From: a virus
Direction: 5' to 3' (one strand)
DNA length: 64,000 bases
Virus record (IMG/VR): IMGVR_UViG_3300026512_000003
Span: 1 to 64,000 of that record
In this document: positions 9,207 through 18,375 of the stretch, piece by piece
How the letters are laid out: every line of letters begins with the position of its first letter
How positions within the stretch are numbered: position 1 is the first letter of the stretch
Notes under the pieces: generated by a model
Database searches by the model: none
The model's input: the letters and a program-made list of their open reading frames with translations, nothing else
What the model was told of the DNA's origin: nothing
Translations under genes and position numbers: made by a program

Positions 9207-9215
9207 AGAGAAGAC

Positions 9216-9884
9216 ATGATGGCTAGACTAAACACTAAAACTAACAAGAACTCTTTTACAAGAGTGTTAAACAAAAACACTTCCTTGGAAAAAACTGCAG
9301 GTTTAGGTAGTATGTTGAAAAGATTTGTTAACAAGACCACAGTTAAGGCTGGCACAGAGACTATCGACGAGGGGAAAAGAGCCCTGTTAAGACCGATAAA
9401 ACGCTCAGTCACTGGCATAGCTGATGCTATGAAAACAGGAGCTACAGTGGGAGCTAAAACTACTCCTGCTATAGGGGGCGTTGTGACAGCCACAAAAAAG
9501 CTTCCGATGTCACGACGAGCATTTCTTAGGACTTCAGCAGTTGGAGGGGCTAAAGCTGCTGTATCGGCTGTGCCAATGATGAATAGAAGTGTATACAATG
9601 CCTTCACATTAGGAACAGATAGTGCTCCAGGAATTACAACATTTATTGACGGTGCGATGAAAGCAGAGAACGGATTAAAGAAGACGCTACAGCTAAGAGA
9701 TTATCGAATGCAAACTGTTGCTGGTGTTCCAAAAGAAGTAGCCCTTGCAAAAACATATGGAAAGATGAAATTAAGAAAAGCAAGAAGACCATCAGTTATA
9801 ATGAACAATATTACTTCCCTTGTAGACGGCAACATGCTACAAAAAGTAAAACCGATGTATAATATTACTCAAATGATAAGGTAG
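9216..9884 (+). CDS. Basic Cys-free protein, putative internal head protein
   Basis: N-terminal NKNSFTRVLNKNTSLEKTAG. Confidence 0.7.
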   Translation: MMARLNTKTNKNSFTRVLNKNTSLEKTAGLGSMLKRFVNKTTVKAGTETIDEGKRALLRPIKRSVTGIADAMKTGATVGAKTTPAIGGVVTATKKLPMSRRAFLRTSAVGGAKAAVSAVPMMNRSVYNAFTLGTDSAPGITTFIDGAMKAENGLKKTLQLRDYRMQTVAGVPKEVALAKTYGKMKLRKARRPSVIMNNITSLVDGNMLQKVKPMYNITQMIR

Positions 9885-9935
9885 TGGCTAACTGATTGTT
9901 GTTAGGCGAAGAAAGTTAAAAAGGAGAGATGAAAA

Positions 9936-10373
9936 ATGGAAGAGATTTTAAAAGCATGGATAGATAATGGTTATTCTTTTTTGCAAAAACATACAATAAA
10001 GTTTTGGAATCTGAATAATATTGATTTTTGGGAAGTGTATGAAGACGAAGAAATGTGGAAACAGGTAGAGGATGGTTATTTTGAAAGTACAAATCATTTA
10101 GACCGTTCAAAATCTGGAATGAAAATAAACCTCGGCAAAATAAAGAGTTTGTCTTTTGACTGGAATGTGGATAGTGAAGAGTATTACGATTCTTTTAATG
10201 TCTATATAAACGGAAACTGGATGTTCGGAGAGAGTGGAACTCGTGCAGGGACATATAATAAAGAATATAGTGGTGAAAAAGATATAATTTTAGCTATTGA
10301 GTACACAAAAGATGGATCTGTTAGCGAAGGTGAAGATGTGGCATGGATTAAAAATATCAAGGTTTATTGGTAG
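9936..10373 (+). CDS. Jelly-roll/carbohydrate-binding-like domain protein
   Basis: SLSFDWNVDSE-YD-F-VYING ... YTKDGSVSEGEDVAWIKNI; aromatic-rich beta pattern. Confidence 0.55.
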   Translation: MEEILKAWIDNGYSFLQKHTIKFWNLNNIDFWEVYEDEEMWKQVEDGYFESTNHLDRSKSGMKINLGKIKSLSFDWNVDSEEYYDSFNVYINGNWMFGESGTRAGTYNKEYSGEKDIILAIEYTKDGSVSEGEDVAWIKNIKVYW

Positions 10374-10478
10374 TAAAATGAAGACAGGGTACTATTGTAA
10401 AATTGTTAATTGGTACTATAGTTAAGTATAATGTTAGTAGCAAAATAAAAAGTAAACAGAAAAGTAAGGAGTTATAAG

Positions 10479-11183
10479 ATGACTGAAAGGGAAATAATAC
10501 AATCAAATACAAGATTTTATGGAAAGCATATTTGTGGAAGTGTTGATAATGAAGCAATGGGAATTGTATTGTTCCCACGAGGAAATACTAGTTATACAGA
10601 AAAAAGTATGTTTCCAGATGAAGATATAGAAGTAATGCACTTTATGAATCTATCAGGTAGAACTGTAATTCCCACTCTAGAAGATTGGAACATGGAGTTA
10701 CAAAATTTAGGAATGTTTGATTTTGTAGCATATTACTACTCACTTAGTGGTTACAGAGCAAATTTTACTTTAGAATTATATGAAGGGAATCGCTTATTAG
10801 GAACATTAGAATCTCATAAAGATACTAGTACTTGGTTAAGAGGAGACTACTCAACATTTTCTTTTAAAAAGCCTGACGGAACACTTATATTAGAAATAGG
10901 AGCAAATTATTTTAGTGGGTATAGGTATGGGAACGGTGAGGTAAGAGGGTCGTTAGATATGAGTAAAAGAGGGGAAATTACAATATACCCTGCTTCATAT
11001 AGTAGAAGCCCATATTATTCAAGCTCGAACATACATTTTGAAGAGATAGATCATCCTTTTACTAAGGTAAGTAGAATAAAGCTAGTTTATGCTCATTTGC
11101 AAGCTTATTATAGTAATTCTCCAGCTACAATGAAATTTGCTCAGTTTGGAACAATATTCAAAGGTGAAAAGAGGGGCTTATAA
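10479..11183 (+). CDS. Hypothetical Tyr-rich beta protein (possible tail appendage)
   Basis: AAGGAG RBS; 234 aa. Confidence 0.7.
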   Translation: MTEREIIQSNTRFYGKHICGSVDNEAMGIVLFPRGNTSYTEKSMFPDEDIEVMHFMNLSGRTVIPTLEDWNMELQNLGMFDFVAYYYSLSGYRANFTLELYEGNRLLGTLESHKDTSTWLRGDYSTFSFKKPDGTLILEIGANYFSGYRYGNGEVRGSLDMSKRGEITIYPASYSRSPYYSSSNIHFEEIDHPFTKVSRIKLVYAHLQAYYSNSPATMKFAQFGTIFKGEKRGL

Positions 11184-11213
11184 TGAAAAGTAAAAAAACA
11201 CTAAAACAAGGAG

Positions 11214-11783
11214 ATGGAAATGACAGATGTGTATGGTAACAGAATTCAAGATAACAATGATAAATTAGTGGCAGGTGGGGCAGGACTTGCTACTGCTGGA
11301 GCAGGTTCTCATACTATAGGTAGAAAACTTAATGAGATAAGTAAAAATCAATTAGGGGATGCGAACGCCCAAGCCTTTGCAGCGAAGCATAATAAAAAGA
11401 AGATGCTTAAAGAGTCAAACAGGGCTAAAGCATTGTCAGATAGCTATGCAAAAGCAGGCGAAAAACAAAGAAGTTGGTTTCATCAGCTTGTGGATAGGGC
11501 AAAAAGTCCGTTCTCTGAAGATGCTAAAAAGCGTTCTATAAAAGATGCAAAAATAAAAGAACTTAAGCAAAACTTAGGAACTAAAATAGACAAAAGGTCT
11601 GCTAAGGTGGATAAACTAAAAAAAGCAGTTACAGATGCCACTACAAGTGAGAAAAGGCTAGCTAAAGGAGCAGCTAAAAATGTAGCGTGGGGAAACAAGT
11701 TAAGATTAACTGGTGAAGCAGGACTTCTTCTGGGAGCTGGAGCTGCTGGTTATGGCTTGTATAACAAAATGAAAGGACAATAA
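11214..11783 (+). CDS. Basic Cys-free protein with two Gly-rich hydrophobic segments (putative ejected virion protein)
   Basis: LVAGGAGLATAGAG and GEAGLLLGAGAAGYGLYNKMKGQ; start may be ATG 11220. Confidence 0.7.
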   Translation: MEMTDVYGNRIQDNNDKLVAGGAGLATAGAGSHTIGRKLNEISKNQLGDANAQAFAAKHNKKKMLKESNRAKALSDSYAKAGEKQRSWFHQLVDRAKSPFSEDAKKRSIKDAKIKELKQNLGTKIDKRSAKVDKLKKAVTDATTSEKRLAKGAAKNVAWGNKLRLTGEAGLLLGAGAAGYGLYNKMKGQ

Positions 11784-12767
11784 ATGGCACAAAGAGAAAC
11801 AAAGGCTCTAGCTTTTTCAAATGTTAAGTTTTGTTCACAACATAAGATAGAAAAAGAGCCTAGTACATATTTTAGTTGGAGACCTAGCAGGTGGGTGTTT
11901 CCTTTGGATGGTTCTGTGTGGAAGGCACACGGAGCAACATCTGTTGATAATGGGTTTGCTTTTGCGATAGATGGGCAGATTAGGCAACGATTACCGATTA
12001 TGCAACAAAAAGAGACCCATTTTGGGGCAACTATTCAAAGGATAGATTCTAATAAAGATGCTTGGTTCGGAATGATTTTAGGTGGAATGTGGGGTGGGGT
12101 AAAAGCTATTTCTTTTGTAGAGTTTTCCAACTCTGATGCAATTACTAGAATAGAAGGGACAGATGTTAGTAAGGATCCTATATCTATAGAGGGTGAGTTA
12201 GTGTATTTAGAAATAAGAGTTCGTGTAGGGGAAGAAAAACTTACACAATGGTTTATTAATGGGGAAAAAGTTTACGAAATAAATCAGCTTAGATATTGGC
12301 CATTTTTTGATTTGCTCAAGCTTGAGGGAGAAAATATAAAAGTGACAGATATCTTTATGGATATCATAAGAGAACCCGTGGACATCAACACTATGTCCTC
12401 ACAGAAACATTACAAAACTACAAATATGAAACCAGCCACTTATAGTGGAAACACAATAACTGTTGAAGATAGATTTTTGATATCTGACCTTTTCCCAGTC
12501 AAGTCGGCGGATGCTTTCATAAAATTAACAACTAGAGAGGGTGAGCCAATAGGAAATATGCATGTATATTTATATGGGGTAGGTGACTATACTTCTATAG
12601 GGGCTGATGGTTTAAATTTTAATATCTCAACAACAATACAAAGTCGAATACTTATGCCTCTTATATATGTGTGGTCTCATGGCGATGGGTTTACTATGGA
12701 ATTGGAGCTAAGCAATATAGAGTATTACTCTGAAGAGGACTATATGGCATGCCTAAAAACAAATTAG
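11784..12767 (+). CDS. Hypothetical beta-rich protein, possibly lectin-like
   Basis: 327 aa; YLEIRV...QWFINGEKV pattern. Confidence 0.65.
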   Translation: MAQRETKALAFSNVKFCSQHKIEKEPSTYFSWRPSRWVFPLDGSVWKAHGATSVDNGFAFAIDGQIRQRLPIMQQKETHFGATIQRIDSNKDAWFGMILGGMWGGVKAISFVEFSNSDAITRIEGTDVSKDPISIEGELVYLEIRVRVGEEKLTQWFINGEKVYEINQLRYWPFFDLLKLEGENIKVTDIFMDIIREPVDINTMSSQKHYKTTNMKPATYSGNTITVEDRFLISDLFPVKSADAFIKLTTREGEPIGNMHVYLYGVGDYTSIGADGLNFNISTTIQSRILMPLIYVWSHGDGFTMELELSNIEYYSEEDYMACLKTN

Positions 12768-13156
12768 AGCCTACCGAAGCTCAGATTCAAAGTGCTATAA
12801 TAGGCTACCTTGGAACAAGAAGAGATCTGATTTTTTGGAGACAAAATTCAGGCTCATTTACAGCTGCTGCAATTAGAGCTGTAATGGGTGTGTTGTCATC
12901 CGTAAATATAGGACCAGTTAAACATAGGATAATTGCTGCGGTAAAAAAATCTTTAGGGCATTATAAATGTACGAGTATATCAGGGCTTCCAGATATAACT
13001 GTTGTGTATAAAGGTCAATATATTGGATTAGAAGTAAAAACAAAAACGGGTCGGTTAACAAAAGATCAAAAAGTGCTACATCCTAAAATGGCTAAGGTTG
13101 GGGCAAAAGTTTTTATTGTAAGAAGTCTGGATGAGGTCATTGAAATTTTAAGGTAA
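12749..13156 (+). CDS. VRR-NUC (PD-(D/E)xK) nuclease / Holliday junction resolvase-like
   Basis: EAQIQSAII...GLPDI...GLEVKTKTGRLTKDQ...FIVRSLDE. Confidence 0.85.
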   Translation: MPKNKLEPTEAQIQSAIIGYLGTRRDLIFWRQNSGSFTAAAIRAVMGVLSSVNIGPVKHRIIAAVKKSLGHYKCTSISGLPDITVVYKGQYIGLEVKTKTGRLTKDQKVLHPKMAKVGAKVFIVRSLDEVIEILR

Positions 13157-13161
13157 TTTTA

Positions 13162-13170
13162 CGATATAAT
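13162..13170 (+). promoter_or_regulatory. -10 promoter (cGATATAAT)
   Basis: 28 nt before start 13199, with an upstream T-tract. Confidence 0.55.
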
Positions 13171-13198
13171 TTCACTAGATAAATCAAGGAAGAGCATT

Positions 13199-13612
13199 TT
13201 GGAACATTTTATAGTAAAGCTCGGAAACGCTATTACAACAGCACTAGGTATTTCTTCTGAAGCTACAACAACAATCATGGCTATAGGTATGGTTTGGTTT
13301 TATTTTTTTAGATGGAAGCCTGCTCAAGCTATTCTTTTGCAACATGCTGATGAAGAATCTGACGCAAATGGAAGTTATACAACTAGAGCTGAAGCGAGAG
13401 ATCGTGTCACTTCTGAGATAAAAGAACTTTTAATTCAAGTCAATAAGCTTTTAGATGACCATAAAGATAATTTATCTACATTGCGAAATGAAATGGATAA
13501 AGCTACAACAGACAGAGTTCATACTAATTCTACTTTAGAAATAATTAAAACAGATGTAACACGGATTAGTACGATTATTTCAATGAGTCCAAACGCAAGG
13601 AGTTTACAGTGA
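13199..13612 (+). CDS. Membrane protein with C-terminal coiled coil (holin-like)
   Basis: AAGGA plus TTG start; hydrophobic TTIMAIGMVWFYFF followed by RWK. Confidence 0.5.
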   Translation: MEHFIVKLGNAITTALGISSEATTTIMAIGMVWFYFFRWKPAQAILLQHADEESDANGSYTTRAEARDRVTSEIKELLIQVNKLLDDHKDNLSTLRNEMDKATTDRVHTNSTLEIIKTDVTRISTIISMSPNARSLQ

Positions 13613-14406
13613 TAATTGTAAGGAATAATATCGCTTTTAGAGTAGAAAGTTCTCAAGCAATAGCAAAATTCAAACAACATGAGAATTTTATATTAGGGCA
13701 GATTTTATATGGAAAATATGATTTCAGCGAAACAAGTAGAGAAATAATTCTTCTTAATTTCAGGTTGTGGACAGATTGGTTGAATCAGATTGAAAATACA
13801 ATTAGCTTCTTGGAAGAAGAGAAACTTACACAAAGCGATAAAAATCATATATTGTATAAAGCTAAAGCTGTAGAAAATAAATACACAAAAGCATTAATCT
13901 CTAATAGTGAGATATTTAAAACAAAGAAGAGTAAATGTTGGCTTGAAGTTCATAAAATTGTTGGTTATGAACATTTAATAGGTGAAATTAACAAAATAGT
14001 GGGATGTTCAAAAGTGAGAGCTTTTAATACTATAGTAGATGCTCTGATTGAAACAATGCTTATGGTAATGTATGAATTATGGGAAATAAAACTTGTATCA
14101 CATGTTGAGTATGAAAACAAGTTGGCTTTTACTGAGATGTGTAATTTAAAGTTAAATTCTAAAAACCCTGTAAATTTTCTTTTAAAAAGAGCTGAGATTT
14201 ATAGCAAATATTATGGAGAGGTAGATTTTGTTATACAAAACTATACGAGTCAAAAAATTTGTCCTGGGTATAGACTTTCAAAAGAGTTTAAAGAAAAAGG
14301 ATTTACACTAACAGTACCAGCTAATACAGAGTGTGTAAGATATAAAGCTGACACAAACAAATGTCCTTTGAATGGAAAAGAGTGCATGTTCAAAAAGGCT
14401 GTATGA
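13609..14406 (+). CDS. Hypothetical protein with Cys-rich C-terminus
   Basis: AAGGAG RBS; GTGA overlap. Confidence 0.7.
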   Translation: MIIVRNNIAFRVESSQAIAKFKQHENFILGQILYGKYDFSETSREIILLNFRLWTDWLNQIENTISFLEEEKLTQSDKNHILYKAKAVENKYTKALISNSEIFKTKKSKCWLEVHKIVGYEHLIGEINKIVGCSKVRAFNTIVDALIETMLMVMYELWEIKLVSHVEYENKLAFTEMCNLKLNSKNPVNFLLKRAEIYSKYYGEVDFVIQNYTSQKICPGYRLSKEFKEKGFTLTVPANTECVRYKADTNKCPLNGKECMFKKAV

Positions 14407-14558
14407 TGAGCAAAGAGAAAAAGTTGTTGATTGAATCAATGGGATGGTCAATTCGAGAATTTGTTTTACAAGAAATCAGAGTATTAAAATATTTGATTTT
14501 ATTGGCATTTATGGTGAATATATTTGGGTTAGTCGGAATATATTTGTTGCTTAGGTAA
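14403..14558 (+). CDS. Small single-TM membrane protein
   Basis: ATGA overlap at 14403; YLILLAFMVNIFGLVGIYLLL. Confidence 0.55.
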   Translation: MMSKEKKLLIESMGWSIREFVLQEIRVLKYLILLAFMVNIFGLVGIYLLLR

Positions 14559-14570
14559 TGTGATGATAAT

Positions 14571-14630
14571 CTCATAGAGTTTCCTGAGGGGAACTTTATT
14601 GAGCTTAGTCTCAAAAAAAATACAAAGGAA
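14571..14630 (+). repeat. Intergenic double-hairpin element, copy 1
   Basis: CTCA-TAGAGTTTCC-tgag-GGGAACTTTA-tTGAG-cttagt-CTCA-A run-AAGGA. Confidence 0.6.
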
Positions 14631-14635
14631 ATGTT

Positions 14636-15604
14636 ATGGCAGACAATGTTACAACAGACGAATTAGAACAAGCGTTACAGGATTTAGCGAATGAGATGGG
14701 TTTATCCGTCAAGGAATATGTAGAGAGTTTAGGTTATGCAACAGCAGCAGACTTAGTAGCGAGTAATACAGGCTTACAAGCTCAAATTACAGCTATTACA
14801 GAACTAGATGCAGACAATGGTGCGGAAAGTTTAGCAGAAAAAATTCAAGCTATTGATGCAGTTATTTCTGATGAAGATGGTGTTGTTCAAAACATTTTAG
14901 CAAAGATTTTAGAAAATCAACAAGCTATAGTAGATGAAAGCACAAGAGCTACAAATGTAGAAGCAGATTTACAATCACAAATCACTTCTAACTTAAACAA
15001 AACAAATTCAAATGAAACAGCTATAGGCAATCTGTCAGATACAGTAAGTGCAAACAAATCAGCACAAGATACAGTAAATGCAGATGTTGAAAGTCGTGTT
15101 GCAGGTGCAGAAGGTACTATCGCTACTCTTACAGGTGATGATACAGTAGATGGTTCAATTGCTAAAACAATTGCAGATGAAACAGCTCGTACAAATGCAG
15201 CAATTGCAACAGCTAAAGCAGGTGCAACAGATGATGCAAAAGCTTATACTGATGAACAAATTGAAGCAATCACAGGTGATACAGCATCAACAGTAGAGGG
15301 TCTTGACGGTCGTTTAGGCGAAGTTGAAAACACTTTAGCGGACACAACAGATGAAGATGATAACCTTGTTAAAGGTATTGTTACTCGTGTTGGTGATGTT
15401 GAAGCAGCTTTAATAAATGAAGCAGCAAGAGCAGTACAAGCAGAAGCAGATATGTTGGCACAAGCTAAAGCATATACAGATGCAAACACTCTTAAAGCAT
15501 CTTCAATGGATATTTGTGGTGTTCACAACAAATTCCGCGCAGCATTAGGCTTGGCAGATAAAGACTGTTCAGGTTCAGGTGACGGCGACGGAGCAGTAAT
15601 TTAA
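14636..15604 (+). CDS. Acidic coiled-coil fibre/stalk protein
   Basis: Repeats DESTRATNVEADL, DETARTNAAI, NEAARAVQAEADM and AKAYTD twice, typical of trimeric coiled-coil fibres. Confidence 0.65.
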   Translation: MADNVTTDELEQALQDLANEMGLSVKEYVESLGYATAADLVASNTGLQAQITAITELDADNGAESLAEKIQAIDAVISDEDGVVQNILAKILENQQAIVDESTRATNVEADLQSQITSNLNKTNSNETAIGNLSDTVSANKSAQDTVNADVESRVAGAEGTIATLTGDDTVDGSIAKTIADETARTNAAIATAKAGATDDAKAYTDEQIEAITGDTASTVEGLDGRLGEVENTLADTTDEDDNLVKGIVTRVGDVEAALINEAARAVQAEADMLAQAKAYTDANTLKASSMDICGVHNKFRAALGLADKDCSGSGDGDGAVI

Positions 15605-15645
15605 TTATTGTCAAACAAAACATATTTGTTCGTCTTAAAGACAGT

Positions 15646-15704
15646 GTGCTTACACAGCCCTTTTTTTGAGGGCTGCGGTGAGTACATCTCAAAAAAAACA
15701 AGGA
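15646..15704 (+). repeat. Intergenic double-hairpin element, copy 2
   Basis: GTGCTTAC-a-CAGCCCT-loop-AGGGCTG-cg-GTGAGTAC-at-CTCA-A run-AAGGA. Confidence 0.65.
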
Positions 15705-15710
15705 AAAAAA

Positions 15711-16571
15711 ATGCAAGTAAAAATAAATTCTTATATTTCTGTGGATAATCTAACAGAAGAACAGGCAGTTGAACACGCAATAAGTATGGTAAATGCGTAC
15801 GATACTATTAACGAAAGTCGTTTAGGGGAAGTTGTAACAAAATTATATTACATAGTTCCTGTTTTAGGAAAAATCATAGTAGTTGTAAATGAAGCGGATA
15901 AGGAAATTTTAGGCGTAGATAGTAATATCTTAGCAAATACAAATATTTCAGAGTACCCTCTAGAAAGATTACCAGCTAGCGTGATTGAGTATAAAGAGCT
16001 TATTGTTAAGGTTGGTAGTTCATTAACAATGGAGCAGATATTTAATGCGGGGCAATCTATTGTAGAAGATGCAGCAGAAAAGGTTATGCCTTATAAAATA
16101 CCAGTGTTAAAAGTTATCAATTACAACAATACTGATACAGATGCTTTGGTGATGCCTGGCGTTTTCGGAGATAATATTTTTTCAAGTGTAAGTGGTATTG
16201 TTAACAGTGGGAACGCTGAAGCTGGAGATGAAGTTATTGAAAGTAGTGAAAGATTTTATTTAGATATGCTTCCAGTTCATACAGGAATCGTCTACCATGA
16301 TGGTATAGCGGTTGCACTTACATACAGAGATAGTGCTCATAATTTTAGCACATATTATGGAAACGGGGCTTATTATCTTGCACTTGATGGACTAACTTTT
16401 AATGTAAAAGTAAATCTTGATGGTAGCCTTAAGTCTGTCCATGTTGGAGATAGAGATAGAGACAATACTTCTTCTTTCTCTGAAGATCCAGAAAACCAAA
16501 CAAATGAGTTTGTAGCTGATATGAGTGGTCATCACCCATGGAAAGTTTGTTCAGGATTTGAAGTTATTTAA
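15711..16571 (+). CDS. Paralogue A: shared ~180-aa N-terminal domain plus unique C-terminal domain
   Basis: ATG 15711 follows AAGGA; N-terminus aligns with the 16644 ORF. Confidence 0.75.
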   Translation: MQVKINSYISVDNLTEEQAVEHAISMVNAYDTINESRLGEVVTKLYYIVPVLGKIIVVVNEADKEILGVDSNILANTNISEYPLERLPASVIEYKELIVKVGSSLTMEQIFNAGQSIVEDAAEKVMPYKIPVLKVINYNNTDTDALVMPGVFGDNIFSSVSGIVNSGNAEAGDEVIESSERFYLDMLPVHTGIVYHDGIAVALTYRDSAHNFSTYYGNGAYYLALDGLTFNVKVNLDGSLKSVHVGDRDRDNTSSFSEDPENQTNEFVADMSGHHPWKVCSGFEVI

Positions 16572-16572
16572 C

Positions 16573-16637
16573 CTTAAAAAGCCCTCCTAAGAGGGTTTAA
16601 TTGAGCTTGTGAAACTCAGAAAAAACAAAAAAAAGGA
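16573..16637 (+). repeat. Intergenic double-hairpin element, copy 3
   Basis: CTTAA-AAAGCCCTC-ctaa-GAGGGTTT-aa-TTGAG-cttgtgaaa-CTCA-A run-AAGGA. Confidence 0.65.
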
Positions 16638-16643
16638 TGCAAA

Positions 16644-18071
16644 ATGCAAATTAAGATTAATTGTCATGTAGAGATGTCAGATATTACTGAAGCAGAAGCG
16701 TTAACGAAAGCTACTGAAAAAGTGGAAAGTTATGATGCTCTAGTCGAAGAAATAGCTGGAGAAGAACTGGTTACCAAGCTATACTATATAGTACCTAAAC
16801 TTGGAAAAATATTGGTTGTTGTTTCAGAAGAAGATAGAGTTATATTGGGTGTAGATAGCACAGTTCTTGCAAATACTTTGATCTCTGAATATCCTCTAGA
16901 GAAGCTTCCTTCACAGGTTGTTGCTTATCGTGAGCTTATCATTAAAGTTGGAAACGAAATAGATATGGATTCAATTATGAATGCAGCTCAATTTATTGCA
17001 GACGATACTGCATCAAAAGTTATGCCAGCTAGAATGCCTGTTGTTAAAGTGATCAACTATAACAATACCGATGAGTCTGTTTTGGTTGTTCCTAGTGTTT
17101 TTGGAGGTAATGTTTTTTCTAGTGTATCTGGTATTGTAAACAGTGGTGATGCAGAGGCAGGAAATGAAGTTATTGCTAGTTCAGGTATTATTGCTATTAC
17201 TTGTCCTACTGATGGTAGTGTAGTTGCAGGAGATACTTATAACGGTTATTTAGTTGTAGATGGAGATACTTTAAAAACTATGATTAGCAATGGTGATGAT
17301 GTAACGAATGTTTGTACTTCTTTAATAACTGATATGCGTGAGATTGCAAAAAATGTAGAAGACTTCAATCAAGATATTTCTCGTTGGGATGTTAGCAATG
17401 TTACAGATATGTATGATATGTTTTTTGGTGCAAAAGCTTTCAATCAGGATATCTCAAGTTGGGATGTTGGTAATGCTACGAGTTTGAGTTTTATGTTTTC
17501 TAATGCATCAGCTTTCAACCAAGATATCTCAAATTGGGATGTTTCTAATGTTACAGATATGGCTGGTGTATTTTCTGGTGCATCAGCTTTCAATCAAGAT
17601 ATCTCAAGTTGGAATATTGGTAATGCTACGAGTTTGAGATATATGTTTCATAATGCAAAAGCTTTCGACCAGGATATTTCAAACTGGGATGTTTCTAATG
17701 TTACGCGTATAGAAGATATGTTTTCTGGTGCAAAAGCTTTCAATCAAGATATCTCAAGCTGGGATGTTGGTAATGCTACGCAAATGCAAAATATGTTTTC
17801 TGGTGCATCAGTTTTCAACCAGGATATCTCAAGTTGGGATGTTAGTAATGTTACAAATATGAATGAGATGTTTAATAATGCATCAGCTTTCAACCAAGAT
17901 ATTTCAAGCTGGAATGTTGGTAATGTTACGCGTATGGAAAAGATGTTTAATAATGCATCAGCTTTCGACCAGGATATTTCAAGCTGGGATGTCAGCAATG
18001 TTACAAGGTCAACTTACTTTGCGCTTAGTTCTCCTATAGATGGAACAAGCAAAGAACCAAACTTTTCATAA
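16644..18071 (+). CDS. Paralogue B: shared N-terminal domain plus DUF285/BspA-like (PARCEL) repeats
   Basis: Nine 25-aa repeats F[ND]QDISxW[DN][VI]xN[VA]T...MF, preceded by the cap NVCTSLITDM. Confidence 0.85.
   Translation: MQIKINCHVEMSDITEAEALTKATEKVESYDALVEEIAGEELVTKLYYIVPKLGKILVVVSEEDRVILGVDSTVLANTLISEYPLEKLPSQVVAYRELIIKVGNEIDMDSIMNAAQFIADDTASKVMPARMPVVKVINYNNTDESVLVVPSVFGGNVFSSVSGIVNSGDAEAGNEVIASSGIIAITCPTDGSVVAGDTYNGYLVVDGDTLKTMISNGDDVTNVCTSLITDMREIAKNVEDFNQDISRWDVSNVTDMYDMFFGAKAFNQDISSWDVGNATSLSFMFSNASAFNQDISNWDVSNVTDMAGVFSGASAFNQDISSWNIGNATSLRYMFHNAKAFDQDISNWDVSNVTRIEDMFSGAKAFNQDISSWDVGNATQMQNMFSGASVFNQDISSWDVSNVTNMNEMFNNASAFNQDISSWNVGNVTRMEKMFNNASAFDQDISSWDVSNVTRSTYFALSSPIDGTSKEPNFS
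17364..18038 (+). repeat. 75-bp coding tandem repeat (9 copies)
   Basis: Recurrent TTCAAYCARGATATYTCAAGYTGGGATGTT at 75-nt period. Confidence 0.9.
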
Positions 18072-18072
18072 T

Positions 18073-18115
18073 CTCAGAAAGCCCTCTTAGGAGGGTTTTG
18101 TTGAGTTTAAAACTC
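18073..18115 (+). repeat. Intergenic double-hairpin element, copy 4 (terminator-like)
   Basis: CTCA-GAAAGCCCTC-ttag-GAGGGTTTT-gt-TGAG-tttaaaa-CTC. Confidence 0.65.
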
Positions 18116-18339
18116 CAACATTCGCACAAAATCAACAATATAATAAAAATATATAAAGAAAAGAAACCACAATGTAAAAAATAAAAATATTACCCAATAA
18201 TATTTATTGTAATGACTGTTTTAAAAGAAGAAAATCATATGAATGCTAAAGTAAGAATAATTACAGGAAAGACTCTAAACTTATTTGCTATCTATAATGT
18301 ACAAGTTAGACAAGATTATTATTTTTCTAACCCTTTTTA

Positions 18340-18348
18340 TGTTACAAT
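18340..18348 (+). promoter_or_regulatory. Extended -10 promoter-like (TGTTACAAT)
   Basis: Phased upstream T-tracts; 27 nt before ATG 18376. Confidence 0.5.
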
Positions 18349-18375
18349 CACAAAACTCATTAAAGGAGCTAAGGT

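Noticed and set aside
17364-18038. CRISPR array
   Set aside because: In-frame 75-bp coding repeats with no unique spacers and no cas genes.
15711-18071. Diversity-generating retroelement (TR/VR pair)
   Set aside because: No reverse transcriptase in the window; the paralogues differ at all base types and share N-termini rather than C-termini.
14571-18115. Integron attC sites
   Set aside because: No RYYYAAC/GTTRRRY boxes and no integrase seen; kept only as an unclassified repeated element.
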